Assembly (NCBI GenBank): GCA_030066875.1
Contig: JASJAS010000001.1
Coordinates: 20,923 to 84,922, forward strand
Length of the DNA stretch: 64,000 nucleotides
From: Acidimicrobiia bacterium
GTDB lineage: Bacteria; Actinomycetota; Acidimicrobiia; Spongiisociales; UBA5794
Reading direction: 5' to 3'
Below are positions 18,817 to 27,568 of this stretch, one piece after another. Positions within the stretch are counted from its first letter, which is position 1. Each line of letters begins with the position of its first letter. The position numbers were made by a program, and so were the translations under genes. The notes under the pieces were generated by a model. The model ran no database searches. It was not told the DNA's origin and was given only the letters and a program-made list of their open reading frames with translations.

Positions 18817-21108
18817 GTGGCACGCGTAAAGCTCGATATCACACGTCGCTCATTCTTGAAGGGGGGCGTTGCGGCTAGCGGACTCGCCGTGATGGCTCCC
18901 ACCAACTCCATTGGTACCGCCGCCGGGGTCTTTTCGTCCCAAGAGCCCTGGTATCGCGAGGGCGATATCGAAACGACCTACAACGTGTGTGACGTGTGCC
19001 CGTGGCGCTGCGGCGTGGTGGTACACACCGTCAACGGTGTTGTACGCAAGATCGATGGGAACCCGCTCGATCCCAAGAGTCGCGGCATGTTGTGTGCTCG
19101 CGGTCAAGGCGGGGTGTCGTTCATGTATGACCCGGATCGCCTCCAAGCGCCCATGATCCGGACCGGCGAACGTGGGTCGGGCCAGTTCAAAGAGGTCTCC
19201 TGGGAAGAGGCACTCGACTACACCGCAGCGGCACTGCTCCAGGTGAAGGACCGTTACGGCGAAGAGGCGCTAGCGGTATTCGGGCACACATCGGGAGACC
19301 ACTGGTTCGCCGACTATTTCGCCCAGGCCTGGGGAACTCCAAACGCTGCCAAGCCGTCATCGGCGTTGTGTCTCAGCCCGCGCGACGAGGCAGCCACCTT
19401 GACGTACGGCTCTGCCGTCGGCGGCCACGAGCCGGTGGATTGGGACCACATCGAGGCGATGACGCTCATCGGTAGCCACATCGGCGAAGACGCCCGCAAT
19501 ACGGTGATGCAGGACTTCGCCAACGCTCACGCTCGCGGCGCAAAGGTGATTGTTGTCGACCCCCGCTTCTCCAGCGTCGCCGCCAAGGCCGACCACTGGC
19601 TGCCGATCAAGCCGGGAACAGACACGGCCCTGATGCTGGCATGGATGAACGTGCTCATCAGCCAGGACCTCTACGACAAGGCCTACGTTGACGAATGGAC
19701 CCAGGGTTTCGACGAACTGGCTGCCCACGTAGCCACATTCACTCCCGACTGGGCGGCCGGAATTACCGACCTGCCGGCCGCCCAGATTCGGGAGACTGCA
19801 GAAGTCATGGGGGCCAACCTACCCCGCGCCGCAGTCATTCCCGGCAGACACGTCACTTGGTACGGCAACGATGCCCAACGGATGCGGTCCACCTACCTGG
19901 TCAACGCGCTTCTCGGCGCCTACGGACGGCAAGGTGGCATGTACTTCAACAAGTCCGTCTATCTCGACCATTACCCGCTGCCGCCATGGACCATCACCGG
20001 CAGCGCCGGTGGATGTTCCGCCGAGCCGGGCGAAGAGACCGCCGAACTGCCCCTAGGTCCCACCGGGAAAGCCCGTGCTGACGGCGTACGCCAAACCTTC
20101 ATGCGCGGCCCGACAGCACTCCAGGAACTGATCGACCCGATGATCACGGGCGAGCCGTATCCCATCAAGGGCCTGATGGTGTACGGATGCAATCTCCTTC
20201 ACTCGGTGCCCAACCCACAGCGGACCCTCGAGGCGCTGAAGGCGCTCGAGTTCGTCGTCGCCATCGATGTGCTTCCGCAAGAGCACATTGCCTGGGCGGA
20301 CGTCGTACTTCCCGAGGCCACCTACCTCGAGCGCTACGAGGACCTCTCGACCGTGGCGCACAAGACGCCCTTCATCGCACTGCGCGAGCCGGCGGTAGAG
20401 CCGCTGTACGACACCAAGCCCGGCTGGTGGATCTCTCGCGAACTCGGGATGCGCGTTGGCCTCGATGCCTATTACAAGTGGGAGACCATCGAGGAGTACG
20501 TCGACAAACGCCTCGTCTCGGTTGGTTCGAGTTTGGAGAAGCTGCGGGAACAGGGCGGTGTCATCATCCAGAGCGGTAAGCCCTATCTGGAGGATTACGA
20601 GGGTTCGTCCCCGTTCCACACCGCCAGCGGGAAGATCAACCTGTACTCCGAGGAGTTGGCCGAGGCGGGTTACGACCCAATTCCGGTCTACGAGCCGGTC
20701 GACGAGCCACCCGTCGGGTTCTTCCGGTTGCTCTACGGCCGCAGCCCCGTGCACACCTTCGCCAAGACCCAGAACACGCCTCTCCTCAACGATCTCGATC
20801 CAGAGAACGAAGTGTGGGTCAATGCCGACGCTGCCGAGCAACTCGGTTTCAAGGACGGCGAGTACGTGATGCTCGAAAACCAAGACGGGGCGACGGACGG
20901 CCCGGTCAAGGTCAAGGCGACCCAACGCATCCGCAACGACGCGGTCTTCATGGCTCACGGATTCGGGCACAGGTCGGAGGGTCTCACCCGGGCAAACGGA
21001 GTTGGGGCCAGCGACACCAAGCTGCAGACCCGCTACAAGCTCGACCCGATCAGCGGGGGAGCGGGAATGCGGGTCAACTTCGTGAGACTCACCAGGGAGG
21101 GGGTGTGA
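18817..21108 (+). CDS. Tat-exported molybdopterin oxidoreductase catalytic subunit (DMSO-reductase family; PhsA/PsrA/FdnG-like)
   Basis: It has the twin-arginine signal 'TRRSFLKGG' and an N-terminal CxxCxxxC...C [4Fe-4S] motif ('CDVCPWRCGVVVH'). At about 764 aa it matches the size of PhsA/PsrA. The RBS GAGG lies upstream of the GTG at 18817. Confidence 0.8.
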   Translation: MARVKLDITRRSFLKGGVAASGLAVMAPTNSIGTAAGVFSSQEPWYREGDIETTYNVCDVCPWRCGVVVHTVNGVVRKIDGNPLDPKSRGMLCARGQGGVSFMYDPDRLQAPMIRTGERGSGQFKEVSWEEALDYTAAALLQVKDRYGEEALAVFGHTSGDHWFADYFAQAWGTPNAAKPSSALCLSPRDEAATLTYGSAVGGHEPVDWDHIEAMTLIGSHIGEDARNTVMQDFANAHARGAKVIVVDPRFSSVAAKADHWLPIKPGTDTALMLAWMNVLISQDLYDKAYVDEWTQGFDELAAHVATFTPDWAAGITDLPAAQIRETAEVMGANLPRAAVIPGRHVTWYGNDAQRMRSTYLVNALLGAYGRQGGMYFNKSVYLDHYPLPPWTITGSAGGCSAEPGEETAELPLGPTGKARADGVRQTFMRGPTALQELIDPMITGEPYPIKGLMVYGCNLLHSVPNPQRTLEALKALEFVVAIDVLPQEHIAWADVVLPEATYLERYEDLSTVAHKTPFIALREPAVEPLYDTKPGWWISRELGMRVGLDAYYKWETIEEYVDKRLVSVGSSLEKLREQGGVIIQSGKPYLEDYEGSSPFHTASGKINLYSEELAEAGYDPIPVYEPVDEPPVGFFRLLYGRSPVHTFAKTQNTPLLNDLDPENEVWVNADAAEQLGFKDGEYVMLENQDGATDGPVKVKATQRIRNDAVFMAHGFGHRSEGLTRANGVGASDTKLQTRYKLDPISGGAGMRVNFVRLTREGV

Positions 21109-21109
21109 C

Positions 21110-21892
21110 ATGGCCGAATACGCATTCCTCCTCGATCTAGGTCGCTGCATCGGATGCCAGGCATGTGTCGCCTCTTGCAAGGTGGGTAACGAACTGGGTG
21201 AGGGTCAGCAGTACATCGAGCTAATCGAGAAGACCCACGGCGAGTTTCCCAACCTGAGCGGCGGCTGGGATAACCATCGATGCTTCCACTGCGCCGACGC
21301 CGCCTGTGTGACTGTCTGCCCGACCGGAGCCCTCTTCAAGGAGGATGGCCTCACCCGGTTGGATCGAAGTGTGTGTAGCGGTTGTGCTTACTGCACCGAA
21401 GCCTGCCCGTACGAGGTCCCGGTGATGTGGGAGGGCAAGTCCAGCAAGTGCGACGGGTGCGCGGCAACCGTGTCCGCCGGAGGCAACCCCTGGTGCGTGA
21501 AGACCTGCCCAAGCAATGCGCTGGCGTACGGGCCGCGCGAGGAGATCCAGGCCGAGGCGCATCGTCGCGCCGATGCGATGCGGGACCGCTATCCCAATGC
21601 CGAGGTCTATGGCGAGACTCAACTCGACGGGCTCGGCATGTTGGTCGTCATGCCCGATGACCCGGAGCTGCTCGACATCCCGATAGATCCCAAGACCCCC
21701 TTCATGGCCGACGTGTGGCAGAAGGTGGTTCAACCGGGTGCGGTTGTACTCACCCTCGGTGCTGCGGTGCTGGCAGGCGTTGGTGGCGTGATTGCCCGGC
21801 GCCGTCATGAGGAGGAGCTGGTGGTTCTCGAGGTCGAAAGAGTCATCGACGAGGCAGACGAAGCAGACGTGGCGAAAGAGGAGGAGGGCTGA
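21110..21892 (+). CDS. four-cluster [4Fe-4S] ferredoxin subunit with C-terminal TM anchor (FdnH/PhsB-like)
   Basis: It has four Cys clusters (CIGCQACVASC, CFHCADAACVTVCP, CSGCAYCTEACP, CDGC...CVKTCP) and a C-terminal hydrophobic helix. Confidence 0.8.
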   Translation: MAEYAFLLDLGRCIGCQACVASCKVGNELGEGQQYIELIEKTHGEFPNLSGGWDNHRCFHCADAACVTVCPTGALFKEDGLTRLDRSVCSGCAYCTEACPYEVPVMWEGKSSKCDGCAATVSAGGNPWCVKTCPSNALAYGPREEIQAEAHRRADAMRDRYPNAEVYGETQLDGLGMLVVMPDDPELLDIPIDPKTPFMADVWQKVVQPGAVVLTLGAAVLAGVGGVIARRRHEEELVVLEVERVIDEADEADVAKEEEG

Positions 21893-21893
21893 G

Positions 21894-22574
21894 ATGGGTA
21901 CTCGCGAACCGCTCCGAGAACGGGAGATCCTGCGTTACCGCAAGCGTCCTCGAATCGTCCATGCGATGCTCGCCAGCTCGTTCCTGATCCTGCTCTTCAC
22001 CGGTCTGGTCATTCTGTGGCCGGCGCTCTCGGGCCTGGCTGCAGGCGGATTCACCCGCTGGCTGCACCGAGTGGCTGCGGTCATATTCATGGCCGTCCCT
22101 TTCGTGTACTGGTTTGCAGACCGCGAGGGCGCCAAAGAACTCATGATCGACTCGTTCAAATACGACCGTGACGACTGGCGCTGGCTGAAACGGTTCTGGT
22201 CATACGCCTTCGGGCACACCGCCAACATGCCACGGCAGGGCAGGCTCAACGCCGGACAGAAGATGCACCACGCCCTGGTGATGCTGCTGTCAGCGTCGAT
22301 CGTCTTCTCAGGGCTGATCATGTGGTTCTTCATGCCATCGCTCGGCCCGACCCTGCAGGCGTGGGTGGTGGTCATCCACGATCTGTCGATGCTGGCCCTG
22401 ACGCTGCTGCTGGTGGGCCACCTCTACTTCACATTCGTTTACAGGGCGCTTTCCGGCATGACCCGGGGCTATATCGACGCCGACGATGCGCGGCTCGAGC
22501 ATGCCAAGTGGGTTGAGGAGCTGGAGGCAGAAGCAGCCGCTGAAGCTGCGGAAGAAACAACGGAAAAGGTTTGA
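21894..22574 (+). CDS. di-heme cytochrome b membrane subunit (FdnI/PhsC-like)
   Basis: Four TM helices carry conserved His residues in helices I, II and IV. The ATG at 21894 follows the RBS GAGGAGG. Confidence 0.65.
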   Translation: MGTREPLREREILRYRKRPRIVHAMLASSFLILLFTGLVILWPALSGLAAGGFTRWLHRVAAVIFMAVPFVYWFADREGAKELMIDSFKYDRDDWRWLKRFWSYAFGHTANMPRQGRLNAGQKMHHALVMLLSASIVFSGLIMWFFMPSLGPTLQAWVVVIHDLSMLALTLLLVGHLYFTFVYRALSGMTRGYIDADDARLEHAKWVEELEAEAAAEAAEETTEKV

Positions 22575-22620
22575 CAACTGAAGACCCGGCCATCCGGGTC
22601 GCATCGAAGAAAGGAAAACC

Positions 22621-23607
22621 ATGAGCATGCTCCGTCGCATGTCTGTGATAGGGCTAGTCCTGGCCCTTGGCCTGATCGCCGCCGCCTGCGGTGGCGATGA
22701 CGAGTCCGCAGATACGACAGAAGGCACCGTACCGCCGCTCGAGACGACCACCGAGGCCCCGACAACGACAGAGGCCCCGGCGGAGACGACAGAGGCCCCG
22801 GCCGAGACCACCACGACGGCGGCTCCTGAGCCGGAGTTCGATCTGGTCGCGGCTGTCTACGAGTACGAAAGCACCATCCCAGACGGATGGATGAACGTCG
22901 GTGACACCGAAGCGTTCAAAGATGCGCTCGCCGCCAGTGGCGGCCTGGTCATCGACGTGCGTCAGCCCGGTGAGTACGAGGAAGGCCACATCCCGGGAGC
23001 GATCAACATTCCGCTGCGTGAACTCGCCGCCAATGTTGACAAGATCCCGACCGATCAGGCCGTCTACGTGTACTGCAAGTCCGGCTTCCGTGCGGGTGTT
23101 GCGGTTTCCGCAATCCGCCTGATGGGCTACGACAACGCCCTCGCATACAAGGACAGCTGGGTGAAGTGGACCGAGGCCGGTGAAGAGGTCTCGACCGAGC
23201 CCGTCGAGCCCGAGGTCTTTGGCGATCCGGGGTTTGCTCCCGAGCTGGTCGCCGCCGTTGATGACTACCTGTCCAGTCTTCCCGAGGGATGGGGCATTAT
23301 CGGCGCTGTCGAAGACGTGCAAACCGCTCTTGATGCGGGTTCCGTCATCCTCGATGTTCGCAGTCAAGGTGAGTTCGACGAAGGCCACATCGAAAGCGCG
23401 ATCCTGACGCCGCTGCGGAGCATCTCCACGGCAGAGAACACCGCCTTGATCCCGACAGACACGCAGTTCATCATTCACTGCAAGTCCGGTTGGCGGGCCA
23501 CCATTGCCATGCCGGTAATCGGTGTGCTCGGATTCGATAATTGGAAGGTCTTCCCAGGCGGCTGGAATGCCTGGACCGAGGCCGGGGCGCCGGTCGTCAC
23601 CGGCTGA
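22621..23607 (+). CDS. lipoprotein with two rhodanese (sulfurtransferase) domains and a Thr/Pro/Glu/Ala-rich linker
   Basis: It has the lipobox 'LIAAACGG'. The catalytic-loop cysteines are 'CKSGFRAG' and 'CKSGWRAT'. (TTEAP)n nucleotide tandem repeats encode the linker. Confidence 0.75.
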   Translation: MSMLRRMSVIGLVLALGLIAAACGGDDESADTTEGTVPPLETTTEAPTTTEAPAETTEAPAETTTTAAPEPEFDLVAAVYEYESTIPDGWMNVGDTEAFKDALAASGGLVIDVRQPGEYEEGHIPGAINIPLRELAANVDKIPTDQAVYVYCKSGFRAGVAVSAIRLMGYDNALAYKDSWVKWTEAGEEVSTEPVEPEVFGDPGFAPELVAAVDDYLSSLPEGWGIIGAVEDVQTALDAGSVILDVRSQGEFDEGHIESAILTPLRSISTAENTALIPTDTQFIIHCKSGWRATIAMPVIGVLGFDNWKVFPGGWNAWTEAGAPVVTG

Positions 23608-23632
23608 TTTCCAAGATCGGTAGCTAAGAGAC

Positions 23633-23667
23633 GAGGGGCCGGTTTGTCAGGCCCCTCTCTCATTTCC
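23633..23667 (+). terminator. rho-independent terminator after the rhodanese gene
   Basis: GAGGGGCC-ggtttgtca-GGCCCCTC is followed by tctcatttcc. Confidence 0.55.
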
Positions 23668-23816
23668 GTATTGTCCGCGATATGTCTGGCCGGTAACCTG
23701 CCGCCATGGCAATGGCGCATAGCTGGTGGTGCTCGCAGCGATAGCGGCCCGAGCGCGCCGGAGAGCGACGCCGGAGGCCGCGGCCCCCGGCGTCTTTTTG
23801 ATGAGAGGATCGACAA

Positions 23817-24803
23817 GTGGATCGGCAGACAGTCTTTTCCGGGCTTCAGCCCACGGGAAACGTTCACCTGGGTAACTACCTCGGGGCGTTGCGCAATTGG
23901 GTGAAGCTGCAGGATTCCTACGACTGTGTGTACTGCGTCGTCGACTTGCACGCCATCACCGTCGACTACGACCCGAAGCAGTTTGAGCAGGACCGGCTCG
24001 AAGCGGCCAAGGTGTTGATGGCTACGGGCATCGATCCGGATCGTTCGCTCTTCTACTTTCAAAGCCAGGTGCCTCAACACAGCGAGCTGAGTTGGATCCT
24101 CGGTTCGATGACGCCGACGGGCGTGTTGGGTCGCATGACCCAGTACAAGGACAAGATCGCCAGAGGTGAGGCCGCCAATCTTGGCCTGTTTTCGTACCCG
24201 GTGCTGATGGCGGCGGACATCCTGCTGTATCACGCCAACCTCGTGCCCATCGGTGACGACCAACGGCAGCACCTCGAGATGACTCGGGATCTGGCAGAGC
24301 GGTTCAACAATCGGTTTGGCGAAGTCTTTCCGGTCCCGGACGCGCTGATTCCGGAGACGACTGCCCGGGTGATGTCGCTCTCGGAGCCTACGGCGAAGAT
24401 GTCGAAGACCGATCCGAACGAGAAAAGCCGCGTTCTCATCCTGGACAGTCCCGATGTGGTGCGGAAGAAGTTTCGCTCGGCCGTGACCGACTCCGACCCG
24501 GACGTGCGCTATGACCGGGAAGCCAAGCCGGGCATAGCCAATCTGTTGGAGATCATGTCCACGTGCACCGATCGGTCTGTAGACGACCTGGTCGACGAGT
24601 ACGGGTCGGGTGGCTACGGCAAGTTCAAGGATGCTGTCGCCGACGCCGTGATTGCGGCGCTGGCGCCCATCCGCAGCGCCTATCAGCAACTCGATGACGA
24701 GGAGGTTGCTCGGATCATGCGGCGTGGTGCACTCGATGCCCGCACCAGGGCGGAGGGCTTCCAGCAGATCGTGCGCGAGGCAACTGGGCTGGCTGCGATT
24801 TAG
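23817..24803 (+). CDS. trpS: tryptophan--tRNA ligase
   Basis: It has the HIGH motif 'TGNVHLGN' and the KMSKS motif 'KMSKT'. Confidence 0.9.
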   Translation: MDRQTVFSGLQPTGNVHLGNYLGALRNWVKLQDSYDCVYCVVDLHAITVDYDPKQFEQDRLEAAKVLMATGIDPDRSLFYFQSQVPQHSELSWILGSMTPTGVLGRMTQYKDKIARGEAANLGLFSYPVLMAADILLYHANLVPIGDDQRQHLEMTRDLAERFNNRFGEVFPVPDALIPETTARVMSLSEPTAKMSKTDPNEKSRVLILDSPDVVRKKFRSAVTDSDPDVRYDREAKPGIANLLEIMSTCTDRSVDDLVDEYGSGGYGKFKDAVADAVIAALAPIRSAYQQLDDEEVARIMRRGALDARTRAEGFQQIVREATGLAAI

Positions 24804-24816
24804 GGGCGCTCCATCG

Positions 24817-24863
24817 TTCCTGCGGACATTCCCGCGGAATAGCGGAGCTATGTCCGCAAGAAC
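24817..24863 (+). repeat. dispersed palindromic element, copy 1 (TTCCTGCGGACAT-N15-GAGCTATGTCCGCAAGAAC)
   Basis: The flanking blocks are identical to those of copy 2 at 41162–41208. The 9-bp arms TGCGGACAT and ATGTCCGCA form an inverted repeat. Confidence 0.6.
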
Positions 24864-24871
24864 CGGTGTGC

Positions 24872-25510
24872 CTAAGCGGGTTTGCTCGGTGGGTGACGGA
24901 TCAACAGCGCAAAGGGCATGTCGATGGTCTCGATCACGACCTCGTTGAATACCTCGAAACCCAGTGCTCTGTAGAAGTCGACGTTCCCGCCCAATTCGGT
25001 TTCGAGGTAGATCGGATGGTTGTCGGCGTCGGCTCTCTCGATACCCCGGTTGACGAGTGCAGACCCATGGCCCTTGCGGTGGTGGTCTAGGTCGACTCCA
25101 ATGGCCATCAAGTACCAGTGCGGATCTGGCATCTGCTGCTTGTGGACCTCGACGAACTCGCGCAGCATCGCCATCATCCATCGCGTCCTGGGAAACGGCG
25201 GCGTTATCGCAAACCGCGCGGAGGCAAAGCCCGAGCGCGTCATAGCCCAGAACCCGATGTCACGACCTGGAGGCAGCCAGAGCGCCACGGCCTCGAATCC
25301 GGCGGTCCTCTCGGCGATTCCTCCAGCTGCGAGAGTCAGCTTTACCGTGCCGGTGAACATCTGCTCGAACTTGCGGAGCCGTGCCGGAGAACCGGGCATG
25401 AATCGCGCCCACTGTTCGGTTTCAGAGAACGCCCGGCCCAATACCGTCCCGGCCCGAGCTGAGTCCCTGCGATCTACCGGTAGAACATCAGTCAGCGGAG
25501 CTCGACCCAT
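24872..25510 (-). CDS. GNAT family N-acetyltransferase
   Basis: 'HRKGHGSALVNRGIERAD' is the acetyl-CoA binding motif region. Confidence 0.6.
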   Translation of the reverse strand: MGRAPLTDVLPVDRRDSARAGTVLGRAFSETEQWARFMPGSPARLRKFEQMFTGTVKLTLAAGGIAERTAGFEAVALWLPPGRDIGFWAMTRSGFASARFAITPPFPRTRWMMAMLREFVEVHKQQMPDPHWYLMAIGVDLDHHRKGHGSALVNRGIERADADNHPIYLETELGGNVDFYRALGFEVFNEVVIETIDMPFALLIRHPPSKPA

Positions 25511-25612
25511 GGCGCAATTTTAACTAGCAGCCATCTATCACTGTTCCAACGACGGCACGGTCGCACGGGAATGCGCGGATAGAATGCTCGACGTTACCGA
25601 GGAGGCGTGCAC

Positions 25613-26305
25613 ATGCCCCAAGCCGAAGCCGAAAACGCTGCGGTCGCGACCAGCGAGAGCGAGGAGATGTATCTCATCACGATCGCGATGGCTATGGAGG
25701 AGGGGCAAAAGCCACCAATCCCGGTGCCGCACCTTGCAGATGCGCTCCACGTGTCCCGCGTGTCCGCCAATGAGATGGTCAAGAAGCTCGACGCTCGCGG
25801 TCTCATCGAGTATGTGCCGTACAAGGGGGCAGTCCTGCAACCCGAAGGCGAGCTAATCGCACGCCGCATCCTGCGGCGCAGACGGCTGTGGTCGGTGTTC
25901 CTCGCCGATCAGTTGGGCCTAACGCCGCAAGCCGCCGATGCTGTCGCCTGCGAGTTTGAGCACGTCACTCCGGCCGATGTTGCGCAACGGCTTGCCGACT
26001 TCCTCGGCGATCCGAAGGTCGGCCCGCAAGGGAAGCCGATTCCGCTGCCGGTGGATGAGCCGGGGGTCCACGCTGAGGCGATGCCGTTGACCGAGTTCAG
26101 CGTGGGCGCCGCAGGTGAGGTGGTGCGCCTCGACGGTGACGACACTATGCGGAGCTACCTAGGTGACCACGGTCTTGTGCCAGGCGTCGTGGTGACGCTG
26201 CTCGCCTCCTCCGATGACGGTGGCGTCCTGGTTCGCACTGAGGCAGGCCGCCTCAATCTGTCGAAGCCGGTTGCCGATCTCATCGGCGTGGTGGCGATCC
26301 ACTGA
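25613..26305 (+). CDS. DtxR/IdeR/MntR-family metal-dependent transcriptional regulator with C-terminal FeoA/SH3-like domain
   Basis: The HTH region reads 'VPHLADALHVSRVSANEMVKKLDARGLIEY'. A dimerization/metal-binding region and an SH3-like tail follow. The RBS GAGGAGG lies 7 nt upstream of the ATG at 25613. Confidence 0.8.
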   Translation: MPQAEAENAAVATSESEEMYLITIAMAMEEGQKPPIPVPHLADALHVSRVSANEMVKKLDARGLIEYVPYKGAVLQPEGELIARRILRRRRLWSVFLADQLGLTPQAADAVACEFEHVTPADVAQRLADFLGDPKVGPQGKPIPLPVDEPGVHAEAMPLTEFSVGAAGEVVRLDGDDTMRSYLGDHGLVPGVVVTLLASSDDGGVLVRTEAGRLNLSKPVADLIGVVAIH

Positions 26306-26342
26306 GCCGATCTGCGGTCGGTTTGGGAACGCGGCCGGGGAT

Positions 26343-26384
26343 AGGTATTAGGCTTACCGTACATTCCGGGTAAGGCATACCCGG
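26343..26384. promoter_or_regulatory. two IdeR-box-like half-palindromic sites (TTAGGCTTACC, TAAGGCATACC) upstream of the ABC ATPase gene
   Basis: They match the core TTAGGCTAACC of the IdeR consensus TTAGGTTAGGCTAACCTAA at 9–10 of 11 positions. They take the form GGTA-N7-TACC inverted repeats. Confidence 0.35.
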
Positions 26385-26404
26385 AGAGCCGTGACTGCAG
26401 TGAT

Positions 26405-27430
26405 GTGATGAGCGCCTACCTGCAAGCGATGAGTATCAGCAAGACTTTCGACGACGTCGTGGCGGTCAACGATGTGAGTCTCATGGTCGACGAGGGCAAA
26501 TCGCTCGTCTTGCTCGGTCCGAGTGGGTGCGGGAAGACCACCCTGCTGCGGATCATTGCCGGTCTCGAGCTGCCCGACGATGGTCGAGTTGTTGTGGCTC
26601 GTGACGTGTTGACGGGGCCGGACCTGCACGTTCCACCTGAACTGCGGCGCATAGGAATGGTGTTTCAGGACTGGGCGCTGTTTCCTCACATGGATGTGGC
26701 TCGAAACGTGGCCTTTGGTTTAACCAAGGACGAAGTGAAGTCCGGCCGGGTCGACGAGGCTCTCGGGATGGTGGGACTGGCGGGATACGGCAACCGGTAC
26801 CCGGACGAGCTCTCTGGGGGCCAAGCCCAGCGTGTAGCACTCGCCCGAGCGCTGGCCCCGCGGCCCCGGGTAATGCTGTTTGATGAGCCGTTTTCGAACC
26901 TCGACAGCGAACTTCGGGCTCAGGTCCGTATCGAGGTATCCACCCTATTGCGTGAGGTCGGCATGACCTCGATCTATGTCACCCACGACCAGGAGGAGGC
27001 CTTCCTGCTCGGGGACGCTGTGGCGGTAATGCGCGATGGTCGCCTCCTTCAGAATGGCACCCCCTCCGAGATCTACTCGAACCCGGCAACACCGTGGGTG
27101 GCCACCTTTGTTGGTGAGGCCAACCTCGTGGTGGGGGAAGCGCACAACGGATTGATTGCGACAGCCCTTGGCGCTCTGCCCTTGTCAACCCTGGTGAGGG
27201 GAACCTGCAAGGCCGTCGTTCGCCCAGAGCACCTGATGGTCGAGGACGGGAGCGCCGGCACCATCACTGCTGTTGACTTCTTCGGCCACGATTCATCGTA
27301 TCGAGTGGCTGTAGACGACGCGACCTATTTGGTGCGCGTGGCGGCGGCGCCCCGGTTCCGCCCTGGAGACAAGGTGTCGATCTCGTACGCAGGTCCCGAA
27401 GTAGTGGCCTTCCCGGAAACCGCGGCGTGA
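26405..27430 (+). CDS. ABC importer ATP-binding protein with C-terminal TOBE domain (FbpC/PotA-like; likely Fe3+)
   Basis: It has Walker A 'GPSGCGKTT', the signature 'LSGGQAQRV' and Walker B 'LFDEP', plus a C-terminal extension of about 100 aa. Confidence 0.8.
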   Translation: MMSAYLQAMSISKTFDDVVAVNDVSLMVDEGKSLVLLGPSGCGKTTLLRIIAGLELPDDGRVVVARDVLTGPDLHVPPELRRIGMVFQDWALFPHMDVARNVAFGLTKDEVKSGRVDEALGMVGLAGYGNRYPDELSGGQAQRVALARALAPRPRVMLFDEPFSNLDSELRAQVRIEVSTLLREVGMTSIYVTHDQEEAFLLGDAVAVMRDGRLLQNGTPSEIYSNPATPWVATFVGEANLVVGEAHNGLIATALGALPLSTLVRGTCKAVVRPEHLMVEDGSAGTITAVDFFGHDSSYRVAVDDATYLVRVAAAPRFRPGDKVSISYAGPEVVAFPETAA

Positions 27431-27465
27431 GGCCCGCCCCTCGAGGCGGTGGCCCAAAGCAAGCG

Positions 27466-27503
27466 TAAGGCTGACCCAACAGAGATTGTTGGGTAGACTT
27501 TAC
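27466..27503. promoter_or_regulatory. IdeR-box-like motif (TAAGGCTGACC) within a ~38-bp imperfect palindrome upstream of the binding-protein gene
   Basis: CCCAACA-gagat-TGTTGGG is a perfect inverted repeat at 27475–27493. The larger flank symmetry is GTAAGGCTGACCCAACA versus TGTTGGGTAGACTTTAC. Confidence 0.3.
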
Positions 27504-27568
27504 AACATGGCGGTAGTGGAATTAGTGTTCCGGTCCGACGGTGTTTTGGCGGACAGTAAGGAGATACC

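Noticed and set aside
20053-21180. 375-aa minus-strand ORF
   Set aside because: It is antisense to the molybdoenzyme catalytic subunit gene, whose Tat signal and FeS motifs establish the plus strand as coding.
22740-22830. Short direct nucleotide repeats (acagaggccccggc...) suggesting a possible CRISPR or VNTR
   Set aside because: They lie inside the rhodanese lipoprotein gene and are in-frame repeats encoding the (TTEAP)n linker. There are no spacers or cas genes.
23475-25181. 568-aa ORF on the minus strand
   Set aside because: It is entirely antisense to an unambiguous trpS (HIGH and KMSKS motifs) and to the following intergenic region. It has no recognisable domains and is a typical long stop-free antisense frame in high-GC DNA.
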